Assembly: GCA_946624335.1 (NCBI GenBank)
Contig: CAMOSA010000001.1
Span: forward strand, 1 to 48,185
Length of the DNA: 48,185 nt
Direction: 5' to 3'
From: an uncultured Prevotellaceae bacterium
Lineage (GTDB): Bacteria > Bacteroidota > Bacteroidia > Bacteroidales > Bacteroidaceae
Shown: positions 1 through 10,171 of the stretch, one piece after another
Numbering within the stretch: the stretch's first letter is position 1
Layout: each line of letters starts with the position of its first letter
Notes under the pieces: generated by a model
Databases searched by the model: none
The model's input: the letters and a program-made list of their open reading frames with translations, nothing else
What the model was told of the DNA's origin: nothing
Translations under genes and position numbers: made by a program

Positions 1-54
1 TAGAGCACCTGACTGTTAATCAGGGGGTCGTTGGTTCAAGCCCATCCTGGAGCG
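1..54 (+). tRNA. tRNA-Asn (anticodon GTT), 5'-truncated by the window edge
   Basis: Anticodon stem-loop CCTGA-CTGTTAA-TCAGG with anticodon GTT. T-arm contains GGTTCAAGCC. Acceptor 3' strand is CTGGAGC plus discriminator G, with no encoded CCA. Confidence 0.8.
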
Positions 55-66
55 CTTAGGGCGTTG

Positions 67-103
67 GTCCGCAAATCTCTTCGGAGGTTGCGGACTTTTT
101 TTT
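67..103 (+). terminator. Rho-independent terminator after the tRNA
   Basis: Hairpin GTCCGCAA...TTGCGGAC followed by a T8 run. Confidence 0.7.
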
Positions 104-130
104 AGTCCTCTCCCTTTTACCTTCAATGAT

Positions 131-2065
131 ATGACATTTGCAGAATTAGGCCTCAGTGCCCCCCTTCTTGAAGCCATCACGGAACTGGGCTTCGAGACGC
201 CCATGCCCGTGCAGGAAGCCGTCATCCCCCATCAACTCAACAGCCAACAAGATCTGGTGGCGCTGGCGCAGACCGGCACCGGCAAGACGGCGGCCTACGG
301 CCTGCCGCTGCTGCAGAAACTCAGTAACCCTCTTGTCGATGGCGATGATCCTGTCGAGGGTGCTGCGGCCGTTTCCACCGACGGTTCGGAGCCGGCGGCC
401 ATCATTCTCTCGCCGACGCGAGAGCTGTGTCTGCAGATCGCCGACGACTTGGAGTCGTTCGCGAAATACCTGCCCGGCGTTCGCATCCTCCCCGTCTATG
501 GAGGAACGAATATTGAGCCGCAAATACGGGCCTTACGGAAGGGCGTCAACATCATCGTGGCCACGCCTGGCCGCCTGATAGACCTGATGCATCGTGGTGC
601 AGCCAAACTGGAGCGTGTGCAGACGGTGATCCTCGACGAGGCAGACGAGATGCTCAGTATGGGCTTCTCGGAGAGCATTGACGCCATCCTCGAGGGCGTT
701 CCACGGTCGCATACGACGTTGCTCTTCTCGGCCACGATGAGCAAGGATATCGAGCGTATCGCCAAAAACTACCTGACCGATGCCCGCGAGATTGTCGTCG
801 GGAGCCGCAACGAGGGTGCCGAGCATGTCAATCATATATATTATATGGTACGCGCGAGCGACAAATATCACGCCCTGAAACGTGTGGTCGACTACTACCC
901 GAAGATCTACGCCATCGTCTTCTGTCGTACGCGTATGGAGACGCAGGAGATAGCAGACCGTTTGATACAAGACGGCTATAATGCCGATGCGCTGCACGGC
1001 GACTTGTCGCAGCAGCAACGCGACCTGACGATGCAGCGTTTCCGACAACACCGGATTCAGTTGCTCGTGGCTACTGACGTGGCTGCGCGCGGACTGGACG
1101 TCGATGATCTGACTCATGTCATCAACTTCGGTATGCCCGATGATATTGAGAACTATACGCACCGTAGCGGACGTACGGGTCGTGCAGGCAAGAAGGGAAC
1201 GAGCATCTGCATCGTTCATAGCCGTGAGCGTGGACGCATACGTGACGTTGAGCGTACGATCAAGAAGGAGTTCGTGCGTGGCACGCTGCCATCGCCCAAG
1301 GAGATATGCTCGAAGCAACTGTGGAAAGTCATCGACGATATCGAACGGGTGGAGGTCGATGAGGACGAGATTGCTGGCTTTCTGCCTGAGGTGCGACGTA
1401 AGTTGGAGTGGTTGGACAAGGATGACCTGTTGAAGCGCGTCGTCAGTCGCGAGTTCAACCGTTTCCTGCGTTACTATGCCAGTGCTCCTGAAATCGAGGA
1501 GATAGACCCGGAACACAAAGAGAGCAAGCGGAAGGGGAAAGGCTCGGATTGGGGCTCGTCGGGCGACGGACGACGCCGTGCCGAGGGCGATCATGCTCCC
1601 GAGGAGGGCTATACGCGCCTCTTCATCACCCTGGGCAAGGTCGACGGTTTCTATGCCCGTGAAATCATTGGTCTGGTCAACAATCGTTGCTCGGGGCCGA
1701 AGATTGATATGGGCCGCATCGACCTGCGCCCGACCTTCTCGTTCTTCGAAGTGCCGGACGCCGAGGCCGATCGTGTGCTGAAGGCCCTGAAAGGTTTCAC
1801 CTACAAGGGCCGGCGCATCGGCATTGATGTGGCTGAGGCACCTGTCGCCAACGAAGCGGAGCCCGCACGGCCTAAGAACAGGGCTCAGCGCCGCTTCGAG
1901 AAACGACAGGAAGAGGGTGCCAAGACTTTCGGCAAGACAAAGGGTCGCAAGACGTCGCGTCATGATAAGGGCCGCCAGCATACTCAGGGCGACGCCGAGG
2001 TTGCGACGCGCGGCAAGAAGAAGGGAGACTGGCGACAGTTCTTCCACGGCGATGACCGCACCTGA
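131..2065 (+). CDS. DEAD-box ATP-dependent RNA helicase with a DbpA-like C-terminal RNA-binding domain and a basic tail
   Basis: Motifs AQTGTGKT, PTRELC, DEAD (DEADEM), SAT and HRSGRTGRAG. The C-terminal stretch RLFITLGKVDG...GRIDL resembles a DbpA domain, followed by a Lys/Arg-rich tail. Confidence 0.93.
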   Translation: MTFAELGLSAPLLEAITELGFETPMPVQEAVIPHQLNSQQDLVALAQTGTGKTAAYGLPLLQKLSNPLVDGDDPVEGAAAVSTDGSEPAAIILSPTRELCLQIADDLESFAKYLPGVRILPVYGGTNIEPQIRALRKGVNIIVATPGRLIDLMHRGAAKLERVQTVILDEADEMLSMGFSESIDAILEGVPRSHTTLLFSATMSKDIERIAKNYLTDAREIVVGSRNEGAEHVNHIYYMVRASDKYHALKRVVDYYPKIYAIVFCRTRMETQEIADRLIQDGYNADALHGDLSQQQRDLTMQRFRQHRIQLLVATDVAARGLDVDDLTHVINFGMPDDIENYTHRSGRTGRAGKKGTSICIVHSRERGRIRDVERTIKKEFVRGTLPSPKEICSKQLWKVIDDIERVEVDEDEIAGFLPEVRRKLEWLDKDDLLKRVVSREFNRFLRYYASAPEIEEIDPEHKESKRKGKGSDWGSSGDGRRRAEGDHAPEEGYTRLFITLGKVDGFYAREIIGLVNNRCSGPKIDMGRIDLRPTFSFFEVPDAEADRVLKALKGFTYKGRRIGIDVAEAPVANEAEPARPKNRAQRRFEKRQEEGAKTFGKTKGRKTSRHDKGRQHTQGDAEVATRGKKKGDWRQFFHGDDRT

Positions 2066-2139
2066 CGGTTTCGGGCATAAAAATGGTCTCCAAAATGCAA
2101 AAAAAAGTCTTTTTTCTTGACTTCGCCTTTTTGAGGTTG

Positions 2140-2147
2140 TATCTTTG
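2140..2147 (+). promoter_or_regulatory. Bacteroidota sigma-A -7 box (TAnnTTTG)
   Basis: TATCTTTG lies 34 nt upstream of the miaB ATG. Confidence 0.5.
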
Positions 2148-2180
2148 CACCCGAAAATGAGCTAATAAGTTTTTCATGCG

Positions 2181-3524
2181 ATGAAAAAACTGTTGATAGA
2201 AACTTACGGATGTCAAATGAACGTGGCCGACTCGGAGGTCGTGGCCTCTGTCATGCAAATGGCAGGTTACGAGGTCACGCCGGACTTGGACACGGCTGAT
2301 GCCGTCTTCCTTAACACTTGTTCTGTCCGCGATAATGCTGAGCAGAAGATCCTCTCGCGGCTGGAATATCTCCGCAGTATCCGCCGTCGTCGGAAGCTCA
2401 TCATCGGCGTGCTGGGATGTATGGCAGAGCGTGTCCGTGAGGAACTTGTCGAGCACCACGGCGTTGATATCGTGTGCGGTCCGGATGCTTACATGAACCT
2501 GCCTGAGCTCGTCGGTCAGGCCGAACTGGGCGAGAAAGCTGTCGATGTGACGCTGTCGACGACGGAGACCTACCGCGACGTCGTGCCGCTTCGTCTTCAC
2601 GCCAATCTCATCGGGGGCTTCGTCAGCATAATGCGTGGCTGTAACAACTTCTGCCACTACTGTATAGTGCCTTACACACGTGGTCGTGAGCGCAGCCGTG
2701 ATGTCGAAAGCATCCTACGCGAGGTGCGCGACTTGCGTGACCGTGGCTTCAAGGAGGTGACGTTGTTGGGTCAGAATGTGAACAGCTATTTTTATCAAGG
2801 AGCCGGGACGATGGCCGACGGCCAATCTGACGGTTGCCGTTTCCCCGATCTCTTGCGCATGGTGGCACGTGCTGTGCCTGAGATGCGCGTTCGCTTCACC
2901 ACCAGCCATCCAAAGGACATGAGCGATGAGACGCTGCGTGTGATCGCTGAGGAGCCTAATGTGTGCCGCCACATTCACTTGCCTGTGCAGAGCGGCAGCG
3001 ATAGCGTGCTCAGCCGCATGAACCGAAAATACACGCGTGAGTGGTATCTCGAGCGCGTGGCGGCCATCCGTCGTATTGTTCCCGACTGTGGCCTGTCGAC
3101 GGACATCTTCGTCGGCTACTGCGGCGAGACGGAGGCCGACCATCAGCTATCACTCTCGTTGTTGCAGGAGGTAGGCTACGACTCGGCCTTCATGTTTAAA
3201 TACTCGGAGCGGCCGGGCACTTATGCCAGCCGCCATCTGCCCGACGACGTGCCTGAGAAGGTGAAGGTACGCCGCCTCAACGAAATCATAGCCTTGCAGA
3301 ATGGTATCTCTGCCGAGCGCCACGCAGCGCTGGTCGGCAAGACGGTTGAGGTGCTGGTCGAGGGGACGAGCAAGCGTAGCCGCAGCCAGTTGTTCGGTCG
3401 CACCGAGCAGAATTGGGTTGTCGTCTTCGACCGTGGTTCTCACCACATCGGCGATCGTGTCATGGTGCGTATCACAGGCAGTACGTCGGCAACGCTGCAG
3501 GGCGAGGAATGTCCTCCGGCGTAG
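2181..3524 (+). CDS. miaB: tRNA-2-methylthio-N6-dimethylallyladenosine synthase (radical SAM methylthiotransferase)
   Basis: N-terminal ETYGCQMN, radical-SAM motif CNNFCHYC, and a C-terminal TRAM-like domain. Confidence 0.93.
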   Translation: MKKLLIETYGCQMNVADSEVVASVMQMAGYEVTPDLDTADAVFLNTCSVRDNAEQKILSRLEYLRSIRRRRKLIIGVLGCMAERVREELVEHHGVDIVCGPDAYMNLPELVGQAELGEKAVDVTLSTTETYRDVVPLRLHANLIGGFVSIMRGCNNFCHYCIVPYTRGRERSRDVESILREVRDLRDRGFKEVTLLGQNVNSYFYQGAGTMADGQSDGCRFPDLLRMVARAVPEMRVRFTTSHPKDMSDETLRVIAEEPNVCRHIHLPVQSGSDSVLSRMNRKYTREWYLERVAAIRRIVPDCGLSTDIFVGYCGETEADHQLSLSLLQEVGYDSAFMFKYSERPGTYASRHLPDDVPEKVKVRRLNEIIALQNGISAERHAALVGKTVEVLVEGTSKRSRSQLFGRTEQNWVVVFDRGSHHIGDRVMVRITGSTSATLQGEECPPA

Positions 3525-3608
3525 CCCTTGGCATGGCCTCACCTTCATTCTAACCTTATAATATTAATCAAAACTTAACCCTCTGCTCTGCAGACCAAGA
3601 TAGAAGAT

Positions 3609-4475
3609 ATGAAACATCACAGGACTTTAGGCCGTATGCAATGGCTGACGTCGTGTATCTCAACGACGCTGGTGCTGCTGCTGTTGGGGCTTGTTGTGCT
3701 CTTTGGCCTTTCGGCTCGCCGGCTGTCTCAGTCCGTGCGCGAGAATCTGACCGTGACGCTCTTGTTGGACGATGATGTTGAGACGGCCGATGCCGATGCG
3801 CTGGCGTTGCGTCTGAAGGACCGCCCCTATGTGCATCGCACGACGGTTATCACGCGTGACCAGGTACTGCAGGAGGAGAGCGAGCGTATGGGCACCGATC
3901 CCACCGAATTCCTGGGCGGCGAGAATCCCTACACGTCGAGCATCGAGCTTAACGTCAATGCAGATTATGCCTGCACTGACAGTCTCCTGTGGATCTCCAA
4001 GGAGCTGAAGTCAATGTGGCAGGTGGCTGACGTCGTCTACCAGCGCGATCTTGTTGACAACCTCAACCACACGCTTCGCCGCGCTACCTTTTGGCTATCC
4101 GTGCTGGCCCTGTTGCTGATGGTCATCTCTGTCGTGCTAATCAATAATACGGTCAGGTTGAGCGTCTACTCACGTCGCTTCACGATTCATACGATGCGCC
4201 TTGTCGGAGCCTCGTGGGGCTTCATCCGTTGGCCCTTTATCCGCCGCAGCTTGAGCATCGGCCTGACTGCCGCCGTGCTGGCCGACGCGCTGCTGTTTGT
4301 CGCCATCCGATGGATGATGGCTCAGGACGCGTCCGTCTCCACCATCGTCACGCCGTCCATCATCGCTGTCATGGCGGGCTCGGTGCTTGTTGCGGGGCTG
4401 TTGCTGACGCTTGTCTGCACGTGGGTCAGCGTCGGCCATTTCCTGCGAATGAAGGAGAACGAGATGTACAGATAG
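3609..4475 (+). CDS. ftsX: FtsX-like cell-division permease
   Basis: One N-terminal TM helix, a periplasmic loop, then three C-terminal TM helices. It holds the conserved position upstream of DUF3098-uppP. Confidence 0.8.
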   Translation: MKHHRTLGRMQWLTSCISTTLVLLLLGLVVLFGLSARRLSQSVRENLTVTLLLDDDVETADADALALRLKDRPYVHRTTVITRDQVLQEESERMGTDPTEFLGGENPYTSSIELNVNADYACTDSLLWISKELKSMWQVADVVYQRDLVDNLNHTLRRATFWLSVLALLLMVISVVLINNTVRLSVYSRRFTIHTMRLVGASWGFIRWPFIRRSLSIGLTAAVLADALLFVAIRWMMAQDASVSTIVTPSIIAVMAGSVLVAGLLLTLVCTWVSVGHFLRMKENEMYR

Positions 4476-4521
4476 CGCTCACGCTCCCACCACTTTTTAT
4501 TTACTATTATTCTCTCATCAT

Positions 4522-4761
4522 ATGGAAAAGAACAATTTCGCTTTCGGACGAAAAAACTTCATCGTCATCACCATCGGGATGGCCGTGGTCATCTTGGGCT
4601 TTATCCTCATGTCCGGTGCGGGCTCCACGGAGACGGCCTTCAACCCAGATATTTTCAGCGCCACGCGTATCAAACTGGCTCCGGCACTGGCTTTCATCGG
4701 CTTCGTTATCATCGGTGTCGGCATCATGTGGCGTTCTAAGGATAAGGAGGCACAATCATGA
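4522..4761 (+). CDS. DUF3098-family small membrane protein
   Basis: 79 aa with two TM helices and the motif FNPDIFSATRIKLAP. Conserved ftsX-DUF3098-uppP synteny in Bacteroidota. Confidence 0.75.
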   Translation: MEKNNFAFGRKNFIVITIGMAVVILGFILMSGAGSTETAFNPDIFSATRIKLAPALAFIGFVIIGVGIMWRSKDKEAQS

Positions 4762-5621
4762 CCCCATTCGAGACCATCATCATCGCCATCGTTGAGGGCT
4801 TGACAGAATTCCTGCCCGTGTCCTCGACGGGGCACATGATCATCACGCAGAACCTGCTGGGCGTGGAGAGCACCCCTTTCGTCAAGGCCTTTACGATCAT
4901 CATTCAGTTCGGTGCCATACTCTCGGTCGTCTGTCTCTACTGGAAGCGCTTCTTCCGCCTCAATCACGAGCCGGCGCCCGCCGGTAGCACACCCTTTCAG
5001 GCCTTTCTTCACAAGTGGGACTTCTACTGGAAGCTACTCGTGGCTTTCATCCCCGCTGTCGTCATCGGCTTTCTGGGCAAGGCGTCGGGGCTCATCGACC
5101 GTTTTCTCGAGAGCGTCGAGGTGGTGGCTGTGATGCTGGTTGTTGGCGGCGTGTTCATGCTCTTCTGCGACCGCCTGTTCAATGCGGGCAGTGAACAGAC
5201 CCCCTTGACCGAGAAGCGCGCTTTCCGCATCGGCCTCTTCCAGTGCATCGCCATGATTCCTGGCGTCTCGCGCTCCATGGCCACCATCGTCGGTGGTATG
5301 GCTCAGAAACTCACGCGCCGTGCTGCGGCCGAGTTCTCTTTCTTCTTGGCTGTGCCGACGATGGCGGCAGCCACTGCGCTGGACTTCCTGCACCTGTTCT
5401 TCGGCGATGAGGCGGATGCCAGCTGGGCCACGCGCGACAATCTGCTGATGCTGGCCTTAGGCTGTGCCGTAGCCTTCGTGGTCGCTCTGCTTGCCATGAA
5501 GTGGTTTGTGGATTTCCTGGCTAAGTATGGGTTTAGGGCCTTTGGCGTCTATCGCATCATTGTAGGTATTGTCATCCTGGCTTTGCTTTGGACAGGCCAC
5601 TCACTCGTAATGATAGACTGA
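4758..5621 (+). CDS. uppP: Undecaprenyl-diphosphate phosphatase (BacA/UppP)
   Basis: Motif EGLTEFLPVSSTGHM and PGVSRS. Polytopic membrane protein with a 4-nt start/stop overlap with the upstream gene. Confidence 0.93.
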   Translation: MTPFETIIIAIVEGLTEFLPVSSTGHMIITQNLLGVESTPFVKAFTIIIQFGAILSVVCLYWKRFFRLNHEPAPAGSTPFQAFLHKWDFYWKLLVAFIPAVVIGFLGKASGLIDRFLESVEVVAVMLVVGGVFMLFCDRLFNAGSEQTPLTEKRAFRIGLFQCIAMIPGVSRSMATIVGGMAQKLTRRAAAEFSFFLAVPTMAAATALDFLHLFFGDEADASWATRDNLLMLALGCAVAFVVALLAMKWFVDFLAKYGFRAFGVYRIIVGIVILALLWTGHSLVMID

Positions 5622-5622
5622 C

Positions 5623-6516
5623 ATGAATCCTCAGGCAGGCGAAATACTTTATATCGACAAACCCTATCGGTGGACTTCGTTCGATGTGGTGAATAAGGTG
5701 CGGTGGCTGCTATGCAAACGACTTGGCACGAAGAAGCTGAAAGTGGGGCACGCCGGCACGCTGGACCCGTTAGCAACAGGCGTGATCATCGTCTGTACGG
5801 GGCGTGCCACAAAGCGCATCGATGAGTTGCAGGCGGGCACAAAAGAATATATTGCCACGCTGCGCCTGGGTGCGACGACACCCTCGTTCGACCTGGAGCA
5901 TGAGATTGATGCTTATTATCCCTCGGAGCATATCACGCGCCCTCTGGTCGAGGACGTGTTGCAGCGCTTTGTCGGGCCCATTGAGCAAGTGCCACCAGCC
6001 TATTCGGCCGTGAAGGTCGAGGGCAAACGTGCTTACGACCTGGCACGCAGTGACAAGAACGTCACGCTGAAGCCCAAGCTATTGGTGATCGACGAGATTG
6101 AGTTGTTGGATTTTAATAATCCCCTCTCTGGTTCCCCTCATGATGGAGAAGAGCTATTATCGTCTGAGAAACCAATGAATAATATCGGCAGCGACGCCCT
6201 CCTCATCACAGGGGTGGCGGGGAAAGGGGCTTTCATCCCCCGAACAGGTATGCGCAACAAAGCCTTCCTGACCTCCCCGGCTGTGCCGACCGACACCGTC
6301 GCCTACCCCTCGATGACGATTCGTGTCGTATGCTCGAAGGGGACATATATCCGGGCCTTGGCCCGCGACATTGGCCAAGCCCTTGGCAGCGGAGCCCATC
6401 TAACGTCACTGTGCCGTACGTGTGTCGGAGCTGCCACGTTGGCCGATTGCCTCACGATGGACGCCTTCCCCGAGTGGCTCAGCCAACAAGAGATCATTAA
6501 CAACGCCCTCACATAA
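5623..6516 (+). CDS. truB: tRNA pseudouridine(55) synthase, carrying an unusual ~60-aa internal insertion
   Basis: Catalytic motif GHAGTLDPLATGV and the KGTYIRALARD motif. An extra segment at residues ~165-229 separates them. Confidence 0.9.
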   Translation: MNPQAGEILYIDKPYRWTSFDVVNKVRWLLCKRLGTKKLKVGHAGTLDPLATGVIIVCTGRATKRIDELQAGTKEYIATLRLGATTPSFDLEHEIDAYYPSEHITRPLVEDVLQRFVGPIEQVPPAYSAVKVEGKRAYDLARSDKNVTLKPKLLVIDEIELLDFNNPLSGSPHDGEELLSSEKPMNNIGSDALLITGVAGKGAFIPRTGMRNKAFLTSPAVPTDTVAYPSMTIRVVCSKGTYIRALARDIGQALGSGAHLTSLCRTCVGAATLADCLTMDAFPEWLSQQEIINNALT

Positions 6517-6528
6517 TCATTCAAAGTT

Positions 6529-7593
6529 ATGAAACTATCACAATTCAAGTTCAAGCTCGACCCAGAGCGCGTCGCCCAGCATCCCGTGCCTTTCCGCGAC
6601 GAATGTCGGCTGATGGTGCTGCATACGCAGAGCGGTATCATCGAACATCGCGAACACTTCTACGACCTGCTTGAGTATTTTGACGATCAGGACGTCTTTG
6701 TCTTCAACGACACGAAGGTCTTCCCCGCCCGTCTCGAGGGCAACAAGGAGAAGACGGGCGCCAAGATTGAAGTCTTCCTGCTGCGCGAACTCAATCAGGA
6801 GTTCCGTCTTTGGGACGTCCTCGTCGAGCCTGCTCGCAAGATCAGGATAGGCAATAAACTCTACTTCGGCGAGGACGAGTCAATGGTCGCCGAGGTCATC
6901 GATAACACGACAAGCCGTGGCCGCACCCTGCGCTTCCTCTACGACGGACCGCACGAGGAGTTCAAGGAGGCACTCTATGCCCTTGGTGAAGCTCCGCTGC
7001 CTAAGCAGATCATAACGCGCAAGGCTGAGCCTCAGGACATCGAGGATTTTCAGTGCGTCTTCGCGCGCAACGAAGGCGCAGTGACAGCCCCCACGGCTGG
7101 TCTTCACTTCTCCAAACAACTGCTTAAGCGAATGGAGATCAAGGGTATCGAGATGGCTTATCTGACGCTCCACTGCGGCTTAGGTTGCTTCCGCGAGATT
7201 GATGTCGAGGACCTCTCGAAGCACAAGACCGAGAGTGAGGAGATGCACGTCGGGGCTGAGGCCTGCCGACTGGTCAATAAGGCGAAGGAGGAAGGACACC
7301 ACGTATGTGCCGTAGGCACTACGGTGCAGCGGGCCCTCGAGACGGCCATCGGCGCCGACTGCCGCCTGAAGGAGTTCGACGGCTGGACCAACAAGTTCAT
7401 CTATCCGCCCTACGAGTTCGGGCTTGCAGACTCGATGATCGCTAATTTCTATATGCCCTATTCGACGCTGCTCATGCTGACGTGTGCCTATGGCGGCTAT
7501 GACTTGGTCATGAAAGCCTACAAAGAGGCGCTGCGTGACAACCGCTACCGTTTCGGCACCTACGGCGACGCCATGCTTATCCTCAACGACTGA
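6529..7593 (+). CDS. queA: S-adenosylmethionine:tRNA ribosyltransferase-isomerase
   Basis: N-terminal [23 protein letters not shown] and [10 protein letters not shown]. Length 354 aa. Confidence 0.93.
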   Translation: MKLSQFKFKLDPERVAQHPVPFRDECRLMVLHTQSGIIEHREHFYDLLEYFDDQDVFVFNDTKVFPARLEGNKEKTGAKIEVFLLRELNQEFRLWDVLVEPARKIRIGNKLYFGEDESMVAEVIDNTTSRGRTLRFLYDGPHEEFKEALYALGEAPLPKQIITRKAEPQDIEDFQCVFARNEGAVTAPTAGLHFSKQLLKRMEIKGIEMAYLTLHCGLGCFREIDVEDLSKHKTESEEMHVGAEACRLVNKAKEEGHHVCAVGTTVQRALETAIGADCRLKEFDGWTNKFIYPPYEFGLADSMIANFYMPYSTLLMLTCAYGGYDLVMKAYKEALRDNRYRFGTYGDAMLILND

Positions 7594-7619
7594 TCGTCAA
7601 TCTTCACCCTCTGCGCGCA

Positions 7620-8075
7620 ATGACAGACCTCTATCTCTCCTTCGGCAGCAATCTCGGAGACCGCCATACGCTGCTGCTCATGGCCATCGACCTGACGGCT
7701 CGTCACGTGGGGAGCCTCGTCCGCTGCTCCTCCCTTATCGAGAGTGAGCCGTGGGGCTTCAGCAGCGCTCATCGTTTCCTCAACGCAGTGGCCTGCTATC
7801 GCACGGCGCTCTCGCCGCGTGAGGTGCTCGAGGTCACCCAGCAGATCGAACGACAGCTCGGGCGGCAGCACAAGAGTATCGACGGCTATGCTGACCGGCC
7901 CATTGACATCGACCTTCTGCTTTACGGCGACGTGTGCCTCGATGAGCCTGACCTGACAATCCCCCACCCACTGATGGCCCGTCGTGACTTCGTCATGAAA
8001 CCGCTGGCCGAGATAGCGCCAGAGCTGGCCTGTGAAATCACCTCGAGGTCGGAACAAGAACCCTTCAACAGTTAA
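7620..8075 (+). CDS. folK: 2-amino-4-hydroxy-6-hydroxymethyldihydropteridine diphosphokinase (HPPK)
   Basis: Motifs FGSNLGDR, SLIESEPWG, RPIDIDLL and IPHP. Length 151 aa. Confidence 0.9.
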   Translation: MTDLYLSFGSNLGDRHTLLLMAIDLTARHVGSLVRCSSLIESEPWGFSSAHRFLNAVACYRTALSPREVLEVTQQIERQLGRQHKSIDGYADRPIDIDLLLYGDVCLDEPDLTIPHPLMARRDFVMKPLAEIAPELACEITSRSEQEPFNS

Positions 8076-8123
8076 AACCAACGGCCATCACCACGGCTGT
8101 TACCTTCATATTCTCATTCAACT

Positions 8124-9227
8124 ATGGCTTTAAAAGCAGGAATCGTTGGTCTTCCCAACGTAGGTAAAAGCACCCTCTTCAACTGTCTGTCGAGCGCCAA
8201 GGCGCAGGCAGCTAACTTTCCTTTTTGTACCATCGATGCTCAGATGGGCCAGATCACCGTGCCCGATGAGCGTCTAAATCGTCTGGCTGAGCTCGTGCAC
8301 CCAGGACGCATTGTCCCTGCCACGTGTGAGATTGTTGACATTGCAGGCCTCGTCAAAGGAGCCTCCAAGGGCGAGGGCCTGGGCAATCAGTTTTTGGGCA
8401 ATATCCGCGAGTGTGACGCTATTATTCACGTCCTTCGCTGCTTCGATGACCCTAATATCGTGCATGTCGACGGCTCCGTAGACCCTGTCCGTGACAAGGA
8501 AATCATCGACACGGAGTTGCAGCTGAAGGACCTCGAGACGGTCGAGAGCCGCATCCAGCGTGTCGAGAAGCAGGCACGTGTGGGCGGCGACAAGCAGGCC
8601 AAGATTGAGCTCTCAGTGCTCGAGGCCTACAAGAGCGCTCTCGTCGAGGGCCGCAGTGCGCGCACCGTGACTTTCGACACCGATGACGAGCAGGCCGCCG
8701 CGCACAACCTTTTCCTCCTGACGACGAAGCCCGTGCTCTACGTTTGCAACGTCGATGATGCCGCCGCAGCAGCCGGCAACGCCTATGTCGATGCGGTGCG
8801 CGAGGCCATCAGCGACGAGCAGGCCGCGCTGCTCATCATCAGCGCCCAGACTGAGGCCGACATCGCCGAACTCGAGAGCTACGACGAGAAGCAGATGTTC
8901 CTCGAGGATATGGGCCTCAGCGAGAGCGGCTGTGATCGTCTCATCAAGGCCATCTACGCGCTGCTCGGGCTGCAGACATTCATCACCGCTGGCGAGATGG
9001 AGGTCAAGGCATGGACCTTCCGCCGCGGATGGAAAGCGCCGCAGTGTGCTGGCGTCATCCACAGCGATTTCGAGAAAGGCTTCATACGCGCTGAGGTCAT
9101 CAAGTATGACGACTACATCCACTATGGTTCAGAGGCTGCCGTGCGCGAGGCCGGCAAGATGGGTGTCGAAGGCAAGGACTACGTCGTGCAGGACGGCGAC
9201 ATCATGCACTTCAGATTCAACGTATAA
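8124..9227 (+). CDS. ychF: Ribosome-binding / redox-regulated ATPase YchF
   Basis: P-loop [25 protein letters not shown], and a C-terminal TGS-like end [11 protein letters not shown]. Confidence 0.95.
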   Translation: MALKAGIVGLPNVGKSTLFNCLSSAKAQAANFPFCTIDAQMGQITVPDERLNRLAELVHPGRIVPATCEIVDIAGLVKGASKGEGLGNQFLGNIRECDAIIHVLRCFDDPNIVHVDGSVDPVRDKEIIDTELQLKDLETVESRIQRVEKQARVGGDKQAKIELSVLEAYKSALVEGRSARTVTFDTDDEQAAAHNLFLLTTKPVLYVCNVDDAAAAAGNAYVDAVREAISDEQAALLIISAQTEADIAELESYDEKQMFLEDMGLSESGCDRLIKAIYALLGLQTFITAGEMEVKAWTFRRGWKAPQCAGVIHSDFEKGFIRAEVIKYDDYIHYGSEAAVREAGKMGVEGKDYVVQDGDIMHFRFNV

Positions 9228-9250
9228 CGTTAATTCTAAACCTAATAAAA

Positions 9251-10099
9251 ATGCTATATCCTTTATTTATCCACTGGAACCCAGAGGTCGTGGCATTCAC
9301 GATCGGTTCCTTCGGTGTGCGCTGGTACTCGCTCTGCTGGTGTATCGGCCTCTTCCTGGTCTTCCTGCTTGAGCAGCGCCTTTATAAGGAGCAGCGTATC
9401 CCCGACGAGAAGTTCGAGCCGCTGTTCCTCTATTCCTTCATCGGCATCCTTGTCGGTGCACGCCTGGGACACTGCCTCTTCTATGAGCCCGAATATTTCC
9501 TCTCGTCGCCGACCCACGTGCTCGAGATGTTCATCCCGGCGCGGCAGATGGCTGACGGCTCATGGCGCTTCACGGGCTATACGGGTTTGGCTTCACACGG
9601 TGGCACGATCATGTTTATCTTTGCCCTTTGGCTCTACTCCCGCCGCACCAAGCTACCATTCCTCACCGTCGTGGATAATATCGGCATTGTCACGCCCGTC
9701 TGCGCCTCTGCTATCCGTTTCGGCAACCTGATGAACTCCGAGATAATCGGCAAGCCGACGGACGTGCCCTGGGCTTTCGTCTTCGAGCAGGTCGACCAGC
9801 TGCCACGCCATCCCGGTCAGCTCTACGAGGCACTGGCCTATCTCCTCTTCTTCTTCGTCGGCTGGTGGTGCTACCGCCGTCGTCCCGACCGTGTCGGCAC
9901 AGGTTTCTTCTTCGGGCTGTGCATCTTCCTGATCTTCACCTTCCGCTTCTTCATCGAGTACACCAAGGAGGTGCAGGTCGACTTCGAGAACGGTATGCTC
10001 TTCAATATGGGCCAGCTTCTCTCCGTGCCCTTCATCCTGCTGGGCGCTTACTGGGTGTGGCGTGGCATCAAGGCCTCGTCGCGCAGCGCTGAGGCTTAA
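9251..10099 (+). CDS. lgt: Prolipoprotein diacylglyceryl transferase
   Basis: Polytopic membrane protein with GARLGH, HGG and HPGQLYEA (HPxQLYE signature). Confidence 0.9.
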   Translation: MLYPLFIHWNPEVVAFTIGSFGVRWYSLCWCIGLFLVFLLEQRLYKEQRIPDEKFEPLFLYSFIGILVGARLGHCLFYEPEYFLSSPTHVLEMFIPARQMADGSWRFTGYTGLASHGGTIMFIFALWLYSRRTKLPFLTVVDNIGIVTPVCASAIRFGNLMNSEIIGKPTDVPWAFVFEQVDQLPRHPGQLYEALAYLLFFFVGWWCYRRRPDRVGTGFFFGLCIFLIFTFRFFIEYTKEVQVDFENGMLFNMGQLLSVPFILLGAYWVWRGIKASSRSAEA

Positions 10100-10171
10100 G
10101 CAACTGACCGCTGACGGTACAGTGACTAGAAATGTTGATTCATACTACTCATAAAGATAAAACAATTCGCT

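Noticed and set aside
1-130. The tRNA-Asn 3' end as a possible genomic-island integration site.
   Set aside because: It is followed immediately by a terminator and conserved housekeeping genes. No integrase, direct repeat of the tRNA 3' end or compositional shift is present downstream.
533-2047. 504-aa ORF antisense to the DEAD-box helicase gene.
   Set aside because: It lies entirely within and opposite a gene with unambiguous helicase motifs, and its low-complexity Arg/Ala/Leu-rich translation is typical of stop-codon-poor antisense frames in high-GC DNA. The same reasoning applies to 1872-2657, 10292-11176, 13728-14819, 19685-21415, 23239-24168, 24286-25101, 40688-41875 and 44948-45961.
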